From a candidate division WOR-1 bacterium RIFOXYB2_FULL_48_7 (GTDB taxonomy: Bacteria > Margulisbacteria > WOR-1 > O2-12-FULL-45-9 > XYB2-FULL-48-7), in NCBI GenBank assembly GCA_001771615.1, contig MEUF01000053.1, positions 1 to 43,163 of the forward strand: a stretch of 43,163 bases of DNA, written 5' to 3'. Below are positions 1-9,547 of the stretch, piece by piece. The notes under the pieces are model-generated. The model was not told where the DNA came from. It searched no databases and was given only the letters and a program-made list of their open reading frames with translations. The position numbers and the translations under genes were made by a program. How positions within the stretch are numbered: position 1 is the stretch's first letter; every line of letters begins with the position of its first letter.

Positions 1-1070
1 CAATAATTGACAATCTTTTTGACCGGCTCATTACTGCCAAAATCAACCCCGATCATTAACCCGATGCCCCGGACATCTTTGATCAGGCTGGGGTATAGGG
101 TTTGGATTTTAGATAATTGTTTAAATAAATATTTGCCCAATTTGGCGGCGTTGGCCAGCAGCTTCTTTTGCTTGATGGTTTTTATGGTGGCAATGGCGGC
201 CGCACAAGAAATCGGGTTGCCTCCAAAGGTAGAACCGTGAGCTCCCGGCGACCATTTGGCCATGATTTCCGCCTTGGCCAAACAAGCCCCCAACGGCAGG
301 CCGGAGGCTATGCCTTTGGCGAGAGACATAATATCCGGGGTGACCCCGGCATGTTCACAGGCAAACCATTTCCCGGTATGGCCCATGCCAGTTTGCACCT
401 CATCAAAAATCAGATAAATCCCGTATTGATCGCAAAGTGCGCGCATCTGTCGCAGGAATTCGGCCGGAACAACCAGATAGCCGCCTTCCCCCATGATCGG
501 TTCAATAATCATCCCGCCGATTTTTCCCGGATTCTGTTTAATAATATCTTCAACCACTGTTGGGTTCATTTCAGCAATAAACACTTCGCCTAATAACGGT
601 TCATAGCCTTCCCGATACTTCATTTTTGAGGTAGTCACGGAAAGGGCCCCCAGGGTCCGGCCATGAAAACCGCCCTTGAAGGCGATAATCCCCGGTTTAT
701 GGCTGGCATACTTGGCCAGTTTGATGGCAGCTTCGACCGCTTCTGAGCCACTCTGGCAAAGGAATACCTGGGTATTGGCGATAGGTGAAATCTTTTGCAG
801 CTCTTCAGCCAGGGCAACATAAGGTTCGTAGTAAGCCACGCCGATGCAGGTGTGCAAAAGGGTCGAGGCCTGTTTTTTTATGGCGGCAACAACCGTGGGC
901 GGGCAGTGACCTAAAATGTTGCAGGCAATCCCAGTGGCAAAATCCAGGTACTTCTGGCCGTCCAGGCCGATCAGATAGTTCCCTTTGCCCCCCTTAATTT
1001 CAAAATCATCATAGTATTTGCCCAGGACGGGAGAAAGCGACTTTAGCGACCTTTTTTTAAGTGTTTTCAT
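1..1070 (-). CDS. class-III PLP-dependent aminotransferase (ArgD/GabT-like); 5' end complete, 3' end lies beyond the window start
   Basis: Absent from the ORF track because it runs off the edge. My translation of the minus strand from ATG 1070..1068 gives MKTLKKRSLKSLSPVLGKYYDDFEIKGGKGNYLIGLDGQKYLDFATGIACNILGHCPP...FLCQSGSEAVEAAIKLA...DEVQTGMGHTGKWFACEH...SLAKGIASGLPLGA...HGSTFGGNP, with no stop down to nt 3. These are hallmark class-III aminotransferase motifs (PLP-lysine in SLAKG). Plus-strand ORFs 7..240 and 168..593 are its shadows. Confidence 0.85.
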   Translation of the reverse strand, partial: MKTLKKRSLKSLSPVLGKYYDDFEIKGGKGNYLIGLDGQKYLDFATGIACNILGHCPPTVVAAIKKQASTLLHTCIGVAYYEPYVALAEELQKISPIANTQVFLCQSGSEAVEAAIKLAKYASHKPGIIAFKGGFHGRTLGALSVTTSKMKYREGYEPLLGEVFIAEMNPTVVEDIIKQNPGKIGGMIIEPIMGEGGYLVVPAEFLRQMRALCDQYGIYLIFDEVQTGMGHTGKWFACEHAGVTPDIMSLAKGIASGLPLGACLAKAEIMAKWSPGAHGSTFGGNPISCAAAIATIKTIKQKKLLANAAKLGKYLFKQLSKIQTLYPSLIKDVRGIGLMIGVDFGSNEPVKKIVNY

Positions 1071-1078
1071 ATAATGTT

Positions 1079-1107
1079 ATTATAAGTTTTTTTATGATAT
1101 ACTTCAA
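1079..1107 (-). promoter_or_regulatory. sigma70-type promoter TTGAAG-N17-TATAAT, 8 nt upstream of the aminotransferase ATG (leaderless geometry)
   Basis: The minus strand reads cggtcTTGAAGtatatcataaaaaaactTATAATaacattatATG. No Shine-Dalgarno. Confidence 0.45.
1095..1103 (+). promoter_or_regulatory. extended -10 element TGaTATACT, 9 nt upstream of the S8 protease ATG (leaderless geometry)
   Basis: The plus strand reads ttTGATATACTtcaagaccgATG. No SD and no good -35. Confidence 0.35.
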
Positions 1108-1112
1108 GACCG

Positions 1113-3296
1113 ATGAACTGGCGGCCGATATTTCTGCTTATAATTCTGCTTTTTTTGGCCTCAACTGCCATAGCCGAGGATATCCCAGGGCAATTTGTGG
1201 TTAAATACCGTCCGGGAACTGCCAAAGCCCTGAAACAGGCCAAACCAGCCGTTCGCGGCCTGGGAAATATTAATAAAAAATTTGGCCTCATAAAAACCAG
1301 GCAAGTCTATGAAAGGGCTTTAAAAATCAGGCCGGATTGGACGCATCTGGAAAATACTTATACATTAGTCTTTCCTCCTTCAATAGAAGTTAAAGAGGTG
1401 ATGAAGGAATATCGGCTTGATACAAACGTGGTCACAATTGAGCCCAGCCGCAAAGTGAGGGCTTTTGATTTTGTCCCCAATGATCCCTTATATTCCGAAC
1501 AATGGTCCTTAACAAAAATTAATGCTCCCAAAGGGTGGGATAGGACGACCGGTACAGCAGAAGTAATTGTGGCAATTCTGGATACAGGTTTAAATTATAA
1601 CCACGTTGAATTCAGCGGCAAGGTGGATTTGGCGGATGCCTGGAATTTTGTCAGCAACAACGATGACCCGATGGATGATGCCGGCCATGGCACAGCGGTG
1701 GGGGGGGTCATTGGCGCTATCGGCAACAATCTAAAAGGGGTTGCCGGCCTGGATTGGAACGCCAAACTTTTGCCGCTTAAAGTCCTTAATTCTGCCGGTG
1801 AGGGGAGCATTGAAAACCTGAACGCCGCCCTGGCATTGGTAGCGGCGCTTAAATCAACCGGGGTCAATGTCGTCGCTGTTAACATGAGCCTTGGCCAGTA
1901 CCAGAATGATGCAACCCTGCAATCACGCTGCGCCGAGGTCAACAATCAAGGGGTTTTGCTGGTGGCCGCGGCAGGTAACGGGGATGTCGAGTGGCCAACT
2001 TATCCGGCTTACTATTCCACCGTCCTGGCGGTAGCGGCAACAGACCAAGATGATGAAAAAGCGCTTTGGAGCGGGATCGATCCCGATACCGGCCGGACCC
2101 ATGCTTCAAATTATGGCACTTGGGTGGATGTTTCGGCCCCGGGCAGCTCGATCTATTCGACGGATAAAAATGGTGATTATTCTAACGGCTGGAATGGCAC
2201 CTCCCTGGCCTGCCCGCATGTTGCCGGCCTGGCGGCCTTGATCAAGGCGGCCAATCCGACAATGACCAATAACCAGTTGTTCGACCAGATAACGGCCACG
2301 ACCGATGATATCGATGCGCTTAACCCGACATATGTGGGCAAGCTCGGGAGCGGTCGGATTAATGCCTATATTGCTCTGGCAGGGCTCAAAGCCAGCATTA
2401 CCAGCCCGGCGACCGGCGAATTTGTTACCGGCACCAAAACGATCACCGGAAAAGCGTATGGCTGGAGCTTTGTTAATTATACGTTGGAACTATTGAATAA
2501 CGGCAGTGTTGAAACGACTATTATCAATAGTACGACCTCTGTCGAATCCGGGACCCTGGCCAGCTGGAATTCGCAAGCCTATGATGGCCAAAAAGAATTA
2601 AGGTTGAGGGTCTATTCACCAACCTCATTTTACCTGGAAGAAGCAGTGACGATAAAAGTAGATAACACTTCTCCTGAAGCCGTCATTACCTCTCCAACCA
2701 GCGGCAGCACAGTTGAAGGGGTAGTCACAATTAATGGCCAGGCGACCGATATGTATTTTGATCACTACCAACTGGAATATGGGAGCGGGACGGCCCCACT
2801 AAGCTATCAGACGATCGGCAGTTATTACAGCCAGGTCACAAGCGGTGTTCTGGCGACCTGGGAAACCGCCGGCCTAACCGGCGTTTATACGCTTCGTCTG
2901 ACGGTATATGATCAGGCCGGCTTAGCCAACCGGGCAACAACGCTGGTTAATATCTCACAGGTTAACCCGACCAAAGAGGTCCAACCCGCTGCGGGGATGC
3001 CGGCCACTTTTGCCTTGCCTAACCCTTTTGACCTGACAAAGAGCAGCACAACCGCTTTTTATTACAATCTGCTGGGTAATTTCCCTGCGGCCATTTATCT
3101 TTTTGATTTGAATGGCAATCTTGTCTGGCAAAAAAGTTATGCGGCGGGGGAAAATGGCGGCAAATCGGGCTGGAACAATCCCACCTGGGATGGCTTGACC
3201 CTGTTTGGCAGCCGGGCAATCGGCGGATTATATTTCTACCAGGTAATTGCTGACCACAGGGTAATGGCCCGCGGCAAACTGATCGTTATCAATTAA
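1113..3296 (+). CDS. secreted subtilisin-like serine protease (peptidase S8) with two Ig-like domains and a C-terminal FlgD-Ig/Por-tail-like sorting domain
   Basis: 727-aa ORF. Signal peptide MNWRPIFLLIILLFLASTAIA. Catalytic triad motifs VAILDTGL (Asp), DAGHGTAVGG (His) and NGTSLACPHVAGLAAL (Ser), plus oxyanion NMSLG. Two ~100-aa repeats follow (ITSPATGEFVTGTKTITG... and ITSPTSGSTVEGVVTING...). The tail is ALPNPFDL...YYNL...IYLFDLNGNLVW...WDG...GGLYFYQV. Confidence 0.9.
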   Translation: MNWRPIFLLIILLFLASTAIAEDIPGQFVVKYRPGTAKALKQAKPAVRGLGNINKKFGLIKTRQVYERALKIRPDWTHLENTYTLVFPPSIEVKEVMKEYRLDTNVVTIEPSRKVRAFDFVPNDPLYSEQWSLTKINAPKGWDRTTGTAEVIVAILDTGLNYNHVEFSGKVDLADAWNFVSNNDDPMDDAGHGTAVGGVIGAIGNNLKGVAGLDWNAKLLPLKVLNSAGEGSIENLNAALALVAALKSTGVNVVAVNMSLGQYQNDATLQSRCAEVNNQGVLLVAAAGNGDVEWPTYPAYYSTVLAVAATDQDDEKALWSGIDPDTGRTHASNYGTWVDVSAPGSSIYSTDKNGDYSNGWNGTSLACPHVAGLAALIKAANPTMTNNQLFDQITATTDDIDALNPTYVGKLGSGRINAYIALAGLKASITSPATGEFVTGTKTITGKAYGWSFVNYTLELLNNGSVETTIINSTTSVESGTLASWNSQAYDGQKELRLRVYSPTSFYLEEAVTIKVDNTSPEAVITSPTSGSTVEGVVTINGQATDMYFDHYQLEYGSGTAPLSYQTIGSYYSQVTSGVLATWETAGLTGVYTLRLTVYDQAGLANRATTLVNISQVNPTKEVQPAAGMPATFALPNPFDLTKSSTTAFYYNLLGNFPAAIYLFDLNGNLVWQKSYAAGENGGKSGWNNPTWDGLTLFGSRAIGGLYFYQVIADHRVMARGKLIVIN

Positions 3297-6200
3297 AAGT
3301 TCATTGCCCCTTCAAACGACAACAGTGAAGCCCGAAAATCATCCAGAGAATTTTTAAAATTGTTATAGACGACCTGCTTAAGGGAAGCGATTAAAGTAAA
3401 ATTAGACAAAACCGGATTGTTGACCGGGAAGGTGATATTCAGGCTGATGTTGTGGGTGGCTTTTTTCAGGTCAAGATCGGCGATTATACCCCCCTGGATT
3501 TCCCCCTGGTTCCTTTCTTCAGTTAAATCGTAGGAGAGGGTCCCCCAACTGGTTAATTGGTAACTGGCCTTCAGATTGGTCACTGTTTTTGGGCGGCTGT
3601 CCCCGGTCTTGGTATTTCTGGTTATTTTCTGGTTATAATCACCACCCAGGGTTAATTGGGGGAGCCTTGGCAGGGTGAGTGTAAAGGCGGCTGTCATGGT
3701 TGAATTCTGCGTTTCGGTGCTGACCGGCGAGGTGACTGAATTGTTTACATTCTTATAATCCTCAATCCCCAATCCGAAAGTTAACGGAAGAATGGGCAAA
3801 GGATTAAGGTTCAGGATGTAATTTTGTGTAAAGGTATCGGTTTCTGTCAGTACCCGCTCCGAGCCAAGCGGCGCGGTCTGGTCGGCGTTTGTCAGGGCAA
3901 AGCGGGTTTGTAATTTAATCAGTTGGAATGAGAGCGGCATGTAATCGAGATCGTACCCGAGAGACCGGTTGGTGGTTTTATTGGCTCCACCGGTTTCCGG
4001 GATAGTTTCCCCTTTCGACCCGGTCAGGCCGACGGAAAACCAATTTAAGGGAGAGTAGCGGGCAGAGCCGGCTGTCCTAAGGGAGAGCGGGTTCTCGCCT
4101 CCGGAAACATAGGCCGACCGTTCTTGACGATTATGGTCTAGAGCGGCATTGATTGTTTGGTGCGGCACAATATCCATGTGATAGGTTTCGTTTTTTGTGG
4201 AAGTGGCCGCCTCTGGGGTCGGTAAGGTTCGCATTTCGTCATGGTTTTGCACGGCAACACGGGCATTCCATTTTTGCAGAAAAAGCATGGTTAAATCCAA
4301 ATTAAAATTATAGGAATTATCAACCGTATGGTTATGGCCGATCTCGGTTTCCAGCGAGCCCAGGGTGACCGGCTGATTGTATTGAAAATCATAGCCGGCC
4401 GTCAGGCGGTCGGTAAATTTCAGGTCGGTTGCCCAATGATAATAATCGATGGTGGCGACGGAAATATTGGCCCCGCGATCAACAGTATCGGTGCGGGAGA
4501 CAGTTTTTCTTAAATCGTAGCGTTGGTTAAAAGTCAGGATCCCTCGCTGGATTTCTGTCGGGGTCAGGCTAAGGGAAAAAGCGTTTTGCTCGTTATCGCT
4601 ATTGTGCAGGCCGTCAACGCCGAGCGGGTCATCCAGGCTGGCGTAATAGCGGTAGCCGAGATCGATCTTGGCCAGGCCGTTGGGGTTGAGTCCCAGGCTG
4701 ACTATGTTGTCGTATGTGCGCATGAAAGTTGTTCTTGTTGTCCCGATCGGGTTTTTATTGACCTTGTAGGCATAGCCGGCGGTAAAGCCCTGCCACTGCG
4801 GGTGATAATTGATATTGTATTCATCGTTTTCCGACCCGGGACCGATTGGCGTGCCTCCCAGGGGGGAAAAATCAAAGCCGATTTTCTTGGTGGTGCCATT
4901 AATTACCAGCGAGTCATTTAGTAATTTTGTTTCTGCCCCCAGTCGGAAGGCGTAATCGGTCTTGACCTTTCCGCCGACATCAACGCCCGCGGTTGACTGG
5001 TAATTATACTGGACGCTGATGGCATCGGCTGTCGCTGGAGTGATGTAGTAAAAATTGAATTGGCCTGGCTTGGTATAGCTGATGAAATAATCAATGTCCC
5101 TGTTTAACAGGTTATTATTGACATAAATCTGTTCGCTGCCGTCAATAATATCGGTTGAAGAATGCAGCAGATAATTTTTGCTCCCGTTACCGTTAAATGA
5201 CTCGATAGTCGCCTGGGCATAATATACCTGGTCGGTTTCGCTGCGGGCATATGCGGTCTCAATCTTGAGGGCGTCGCCGATCTTAAAGCTGCCGTCCAGG
5301 CCCAGGGCGACTTGAGAGATATCTCCGCCGCTGGTAACTGTCGGGGCAATGTATTGGAATATAACCTGGAAATTCTTGGTAGTGGCCAGTTCGTTGTTAA
5401 AAGTAATATAGGCATTATCTTTATTGTAATTGATTGAATAACCGGTATCTCCGGCGTTGGCGTCAAAACTGGCATTCCGGGTATAGATGGTTGTGACAGA
5501 AGATCCCTGGTCCCAAACCCGCAGCGTTTCTGAACCAGGGACGATTTCACGGATGTTCTTGAGATAATAGGGTCCCTTGCTGCCGTTGCCGACCCCGGAA
5601 TAATTGGAAATAATACTCTTTTTGTAACTGTAGGCGACTGTGATCTCGTCTGTCGGAGTCAGATTTAGCGCATTGTTAAAGAAAAAGAGTGTCCCTGTCC
5701 CGTAACCGTCCGTCGGGTCGCTATGGTCAGTAATGTAGGCCAATTGACATTCCGGGGTGACAACGACCAGGCCGGTGGTCGGGTCCAGATAGGTTGTCGG
5801 CAAAATATATTCTGATTCAAAAGAGAGTGTCCTTGAGGCCCCCCCCTGTTTAAGGGTTACGGTCATGACAGCTTCCGAGGTAGTGGTGGGACGGTTCTTC
5901 AGGTTAAGGGTATATTGGTTATTAATCAGGTCCTGTCCGGTATATACCTCGGTTACGCTGGTCATGGGAGAGGTTGTCCCTTTTTTGGCCGATTCTTTCA
6001 GGTAGGTCACTCCCATTTTCAGCTCCCGGGGAAATTTGGAGACAGCTTGCGTGGGCAGGGCGGTGACATTATATTTGTAAGTTATTTTTATTTGCGAGGT
6101 TGGCCCAAGGGACATCCCCAGCATGATCTCGCCTTTAGTATAATCAAGGTTGTATTCCAACCCCCGGACCATCAACCGACCATCAACCTCCAGGCGCTCG

Positions 6201-7336
6201 CTCTCCGGGACGATCCGCCCGTGTTTGGTCCGGTAGGGGCCGCGACTGCCGACGCCGTTGATGTTGTCGGTCACAATAGCCGTCTGGTGGAACTTGTATT
6301 CAACCGAGAGCGGGTCGTCATTGGTCGGGAGAAAACGGGTCATTAATTTAATTTCTCCGGTTTCGTAGCGGATGATATAATCCTCATTTTTCTTTAAACG
6401 TGAGCCCATAAAGGTCAGGGTTTCGCTGAATTTAATAACCGGAAAATTCTTTAGACGATAATTACCGGATGACTCCTCGGCTTGGATGTCGCTTTCCATT
6501 GTTGTCTGTGTTGGAAAGGTTTCCCTGGCCGAAGCGACCAGCGGCTCCTCTTTGGGTTCCGGCTTGCCAAAAGTATCAGGATCAATGGTCAGGCGTGATT
6601 GGAAACCAAAAAAATCACGCTTGGACAGAGAAGGGAAAAACAGGTCCAGGACATTGGTGTATTCATATGAATATTTAAACTCATCGGTCTCATTGAGGAT
6701 GTTCTTGAACGTGATTTTTCCTTCAAAGTAATCAATGGTGTAATCAATGTTCCTGATTTGGGGAACGCCATTCAATTGGATGAATTCGGAATTCTCGACA
6801 ATTGAGCCATGACCCAGGTTATAGGGCCCCCTGGTAGCTGCTCCTCGTTGGGAGGTCAGGTTTTGCGTCTGGCTTTTAAGTTTTGACGAGGGGACCAGGA
6901 TCAGGTCATACCAGCTGTCTTTGGAAGTCAGCATGACGCCGTTAAGAAACTTGGTGGTGGAAACAAATTCATTGCCGGCATAAGTGGCGGAGAGGTCGCC
7001 AAAAGAAAGTTCAGTATTTTTGTATTTTACCTTAACATCATATTTTTCCGGGGTTTCTGGCTGTTGTTCCAGGTCGTAACTGACCGACAGGTCTTCTGAG
7101 AGCTGGCCTAAAATGCGCAATTGCAGCCGTTCCTGCCAGGGGCCGCCGCTGTAGGTCGGGTAATAGCCGCCCAACTGGCTCAGGGCATTAAAGTAGTTGC
7201 GCATGTTATCGACGTCAACCTTCTTGTTTTCCCATTTTTTGTAGCCGGAAACGTCGATTTGCGGATAGGTTGAGTCAGCCAGCAGTGCCGTCGCTATTAG
7301 GCAGATAAAAAGAACGGCTAGTGAGAGCTTTTTCAC
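3293..7336 (-). CDS. giant (1347 aa) predicted outer-membrane protein: signal peptide, 5-6 'GPY' beta-sandwich-like repeats, C-terminal beta-barrel ending in Phe
   Basis: The long ORF is 3293..7540, but its first 68 codons overlap fabF. GTG at 7336 gives VKKLSLAVLFICLIATALLADS (signal peptide), 16 nt after the fabF stop. Composition is rich in Y/T/N/G/S with alternating-hydrophobic stretches. The C-terminal ...SLLSFEGAMNF is typical of barrel OMPs. No family name recognised. Confidence 0.7.
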   Translation of the reverse strand: MKKLSLAVLFICLIATALLADSTYPQIDVSGYKKWENKKVDVDNMRNYFNALSQLGGYYPTYSGGPWQERLQLRILGQLSEDLSVSYDLEQQPETPEKYDVKVKYKNTELSFGDLSATYAGNEFVSTTKFLNGVMLTSKDSWYDLILVPSSKLKSQTQNLTSQRGAATRGPYNLGHGSIVENSEFIQLNGVPQIRNIDYTIDYFEGKITFKNILNETDEFKYSYEYTNVLDLFFPSLSKRDFFGFQSRLTIDPDTFGKPEPKEEPLVASARETFPTQTTMESDIQAEESSGNYRLKNFPVIKFSETLTFMGSRLKKNEDYIIRYETGEIKLMTRFLPTNDDPLSVEYKFHQTAIVTDNINGVGSRGPYRTKHGRIVPESERLEVDGRLMVRGLEYNLDYTKGEIMLGMSLGPTSQIKITYKYNVTALPTQAVSKFPRELKMGVTYLKESAKKGTTSPMTSVTEVYTGQDLINNQYTLNLKNRPTTTSEAVMTVTLKQGGASRTLSFESEYILPTTYLDPTTGLVVVTPECQLAYITDHSDPTDGYGTGTLFFFNNALNLTPTDEITVAYSYKKSIISNYSGVGNGSKGPYYLKNIREIVPGSETLRVWDQGSSVTTIYTRNASFDANAGDTGYSINYNKDNAYITFNNELATTKNFQVIFQYIAPTVTSGGDISQVALGLDGSFKIGDALKIETAYARSETDQVYYAQATIESFNGNGSKNYLLHSSTDIIDGSEQIYVNNNLLNRDIDYFISYTKPGQFNFYYITPATADAISVQYNYQSTAGVDVGGKVKTDYAFRLGAETKLLNDSLVINGTTKKIGFDFSPLGGTPIGPGSENDEYNINYHPQWQGFTAGYAYKVNKNPIGTTRTTFMRTYDNIVSLGLNPNGLAKIDLGYRYYASLDDPLGVDGLHNSDNEQNAFSLSLTPTEIQRGILTFNQRYDLRKTVSRTDTVDRGANISVATIDYYHWATDLKFTDRLTAGYDFQYNQPVTLGSLETEIGHNHTVDNSYNFNLDLTMLFLQKWNARVAVQNHDEMRTLPTPEAATSTKNETYHMDIVPHQTINAALDHNRQERSAYVSGGENPLSLRTAGSARYSPLNWFSVGLTGSKGETIPETGGANKTTNRSLGYDLDYMPLSFQLIKLQTRFALTNADQTAPLGSERVLTETDTFTQNYILNLNPLPILPLTFGLGIEDYKNVNNSVTSPVSTETQNSTMTAAFTLTLPRLPQLTLGGDYNQKITRNTKTGDSRPKTVTNLKASYQLTSWGTLSYDLTEERNQGEIQGGIIADLDLKKATHNISLNITFPVNNPVLSNFTLIASLKQVVYNNFKNSLDDFRASLLSFEGAMNF

Positions 7337-7352
7337 GAGCCCGATTATAACA

Positions 7353-8588
7353 TCAAGCGTACTTTTTGACCACCAGGATCGCGTTGTGGCCGCCGAAGCC
7401 AAAGGAATTTTTAATCGCGGCGCGAATAACCAAAGGCTTGGCCTGATTGGGGACGTAATTAAGATCGCATTCCGGGTCGGGGGTGGCATAGTTGATGGTT
7501 GGCGGAGCGATATTGTGCTTAACCGCCAGAGTAGTGCCAATCATTTCCAAGGCTCCCGAGGCGCCTAGCAAATGGCCAAACATTGATTTGTTGGAGCTGA
7601 TGGCTAACTCTCTGGCCCGGTCGCCAAAAACCGTTTTCAGGGCCATGGTTTCATATTTATCGTTCAATTCGGTGGATGTCCCGTGGGCGTTAACATAATC
7701 AATCTCGTCTGGTCGCAAGTTGGCATCTTTTAGAGCGGCTAATATGCCCCTGACAGCCCCTTCTCCCCCCGGAGCTGGCGCAGTCATATGATTGGCATCC
7801 CCGCTGGCTCCATAACCGACAAGCTCAGCATAAATCTTGGCGCCGCGGGCTTTGGCATATTCCAGATCTTCCAGGACCAAAATTCCGGCCCCTTCACCCA
7901 TAACAAAGCCATTGCGCTCCTTATCAAATGGGCGGCTGGCCTTTGTTGGGTCATCATTGCGGGTTGAGAGGGCGCCGGCGGCGCAAAAACTGGCAATGCC
8001 GAGCGGTGTAATGCAGGCTTCGCTCCCTCCGGCCAAAGCGGCCTGGCAGGCCCCGCGTTGAATACTCTTGAAGGCTTCGCCGATAGAATGGGTGGCCGAG
8101 GCACAGGCGGTCACAATACAAAGGTTCGGTCCTTTTGCCCCAACGGCAATCGAGGTGTAACCGGCGGCCATGTCGGTAATCATAAATGGGACAGTGAAAG
8201 GGCTTAGTTTGTTGGGCCCTTTTTCGAATAAATTCCTGGCTTGGTCCTCCAGCATCCCTAATCCGCCGATACCAGAACCGATGATGACCGCGACATCGTT
8301 GGCAATGCTGGCGACATCAAGGTTGGCGTCGCTAATCGCCAATTTGGCGGCGGCGACTGAAAATTGGATAAAACGGGGCAGGCGGCGGGCCTCTTTTTTG
8401 TCCAGCCATTGGTTGGGATCAAAATCATTAATTTGAGCGGCAATTTGGGCGTCAAAACCGGTCGGGTCAAAATGGGTAATGTGCTGAACGGCGTTTTTCC
8501 CTGCCACCAGGTTTTCCCAGTGTTTGTCCGCGCCGAGACCCAGAGGGGAGACAGCGCCTAACCCGGTTATGGCGACCCTTTTATTCAC
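7353..8588 (-). CDS. fabF: 3-oxoacyl-ACP synthase II
   Basis: 411 aa. Motifs: active-site Cys in VTACASATHSIG, His in NAHGTSTELND and GHLLGASGALE, and the C-terminal NSFGFGGHNA typical of KAS II. The start overlaps the fabK stop by 4 nt. Confidence 0.95.
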   Translation of the reverse strand: MNKRVAITGLGAVSPLGLGADKHWENLVAGKNAVQHITHFDPTGFDAQIAAQINDFDPNQWLDKKEARRLPRFIQFSVAAAKLAISDANLDVASIANDVAVIIGSGIGGLGMLEDQARNLFEKGPNKLSPFTVPFMITDMAAGYTSIAVGAKGPNLCIVTACASATHSIGEAFKSIQRGACQAALAGGSEACITPLGIASFCAAGALSTRNDDPTKASRPFDKERNGFVMGEGAGILVLEDLEYAKARGAKIYAELVGYGASGDANHMTAPAPGGEGAVRGILAALKDANLRPDEIDYVNAHGTSTELNDKYETMALKTVFGDRARELAISSNKSMFGHLLGASGALEMIGTTLAVKHNIAPPTINYATPDPECDLNYVPNQAKPLVIRAAIKNSFGFGGHNAILVVKKYA

Positions 8589-9544
8589 GCTGGCACCTGC
8601 GCAACTTCTTCAACAATTTCGGCCACAATTTTAGCGGCCGGCTTGATGGTGCGGTCTTTAAGTTTCCAGACATATTCACCGGAAAAAACAACCCCATTAT
8701 CAACATCGCCCTGTTGGGAATTAACCAGGGCTTTGATAATGCAATATTTTAGGGAGCATTTTTTCAGGCAAAAATCACAACCGACTGGTGCCGGGGCGGT
8801 CCCAGACAGAATTTTATTGACAAAAACATTCTTGATGGCCCGGCCAGGCAGCCCAACCGGCGACTGGATAATGACTACATCATCTTGGGTCGCTGTCTGG
8901 TAGAGTTTTTTGTAGGCGGCAGAGGCGGCACATTCTTCGGCCAGGACAAAACGGGTGGCCATCTGCACCCCGTTGGCCCCAATCTTTAGGGCGCGGACGA
9001 TGTCGACTCCATGCATAATGCCTCCGGCGGCAATGACCGGCAAATTAACCGCTTTGCGGACCTCAGGGAAAATATCCCAGATCGAACGATCGGTCCCCAG
9101 GTGGCCGCCGGCCTCTTTTCCCTCAACCACGATGGCTGCCGCCCCAAGTTTAGCGGCGGTTTCTGCCAAGCGGGCAGAGGAGACGATGGAAACAATCGGC
9201 GTGTTGCCGTCATGGCCAACTTTAAAAATATCACGGGAAAACCCGGCGCCGGTAATAATCAAATCAATTTTTTCTTTGATGGCGGTTTCAACAATTCCCC
9301 AGAATTCCCGGGCGGCAAACATGATGTTAATGCCGACAATCCCTCCCTGGGCTTTGGCTCTGGCGATGGCGATTTCCCTGCGCAGCTCATCAAAGGCCAT
9401 GCCAGAAGCTCCGATGATGCCTATGGCGCCGGTTGCGGCCACTGCGCCAGCCAGGGCGCCAGTGGAAATCCGGACCGCCATCCCCCCCTGGATAATGGGG
9501 AGTCTGGCGGTCAGATTATCAATTTTTAGCTGCGGTAAATTCAT
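8585..9544 (-). CDS. fabK: enoyl-ACP reductase II, FMN-dependent (FabK / nitronate monooxygenase family)
   Basis: 319 aa. Motifs PIIQGGMA..., GIIGASG, EGKEAGGHLG and VIAAGGI match the NMO/FabK fold. It sits between acpP and fabF. The Cys-rich segment CDFCLKKCSLKYC is not in the classical FabK I remember. Confidence 0.75.
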   Translation of the reverse strand: MNLPQLKIDNLTARLPIIQGGMAVRISTGALAGAVAATGAIGIIGASGMAFDELRREIAIARAKAQGGIVGINIMFAAREFWGIVETAIKEKIDLIITGAGFSRDIFKVGHDGNTPIVSIVSSARLAETAAKLGAAAIVVEGKEAGGHLGTDRSIWDIFPEVRKAVNLPVIAAGGIMHGVDIVRALKIGANGVQMATRFVLAEECAASAAYKKLYQTATQDDVVIIQSPVGLPGRAIKNVFVNKILSGTAPAPVGCDFCLKKCSLKYCIIKALVNSQQGDVDNGVVFSGEYVWKLKDRTIKPAAKIVAEIVEEVAQVPA

Positions 9545-9547
9545 TTA

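Noticed and set aside
7337-7540. 5' extension of the giant OMP ORF (MALLWRLSTISLRQ...), which would overlap fabF by about 190 nt.
   Set aside because: The extension has a Pro/Arg/Ser-rich, non-protein-like sequence on the opposite frame of the conserved fabF C-terminus. GTG at 7336 yields a clean signal peptide just after the fabF stop.
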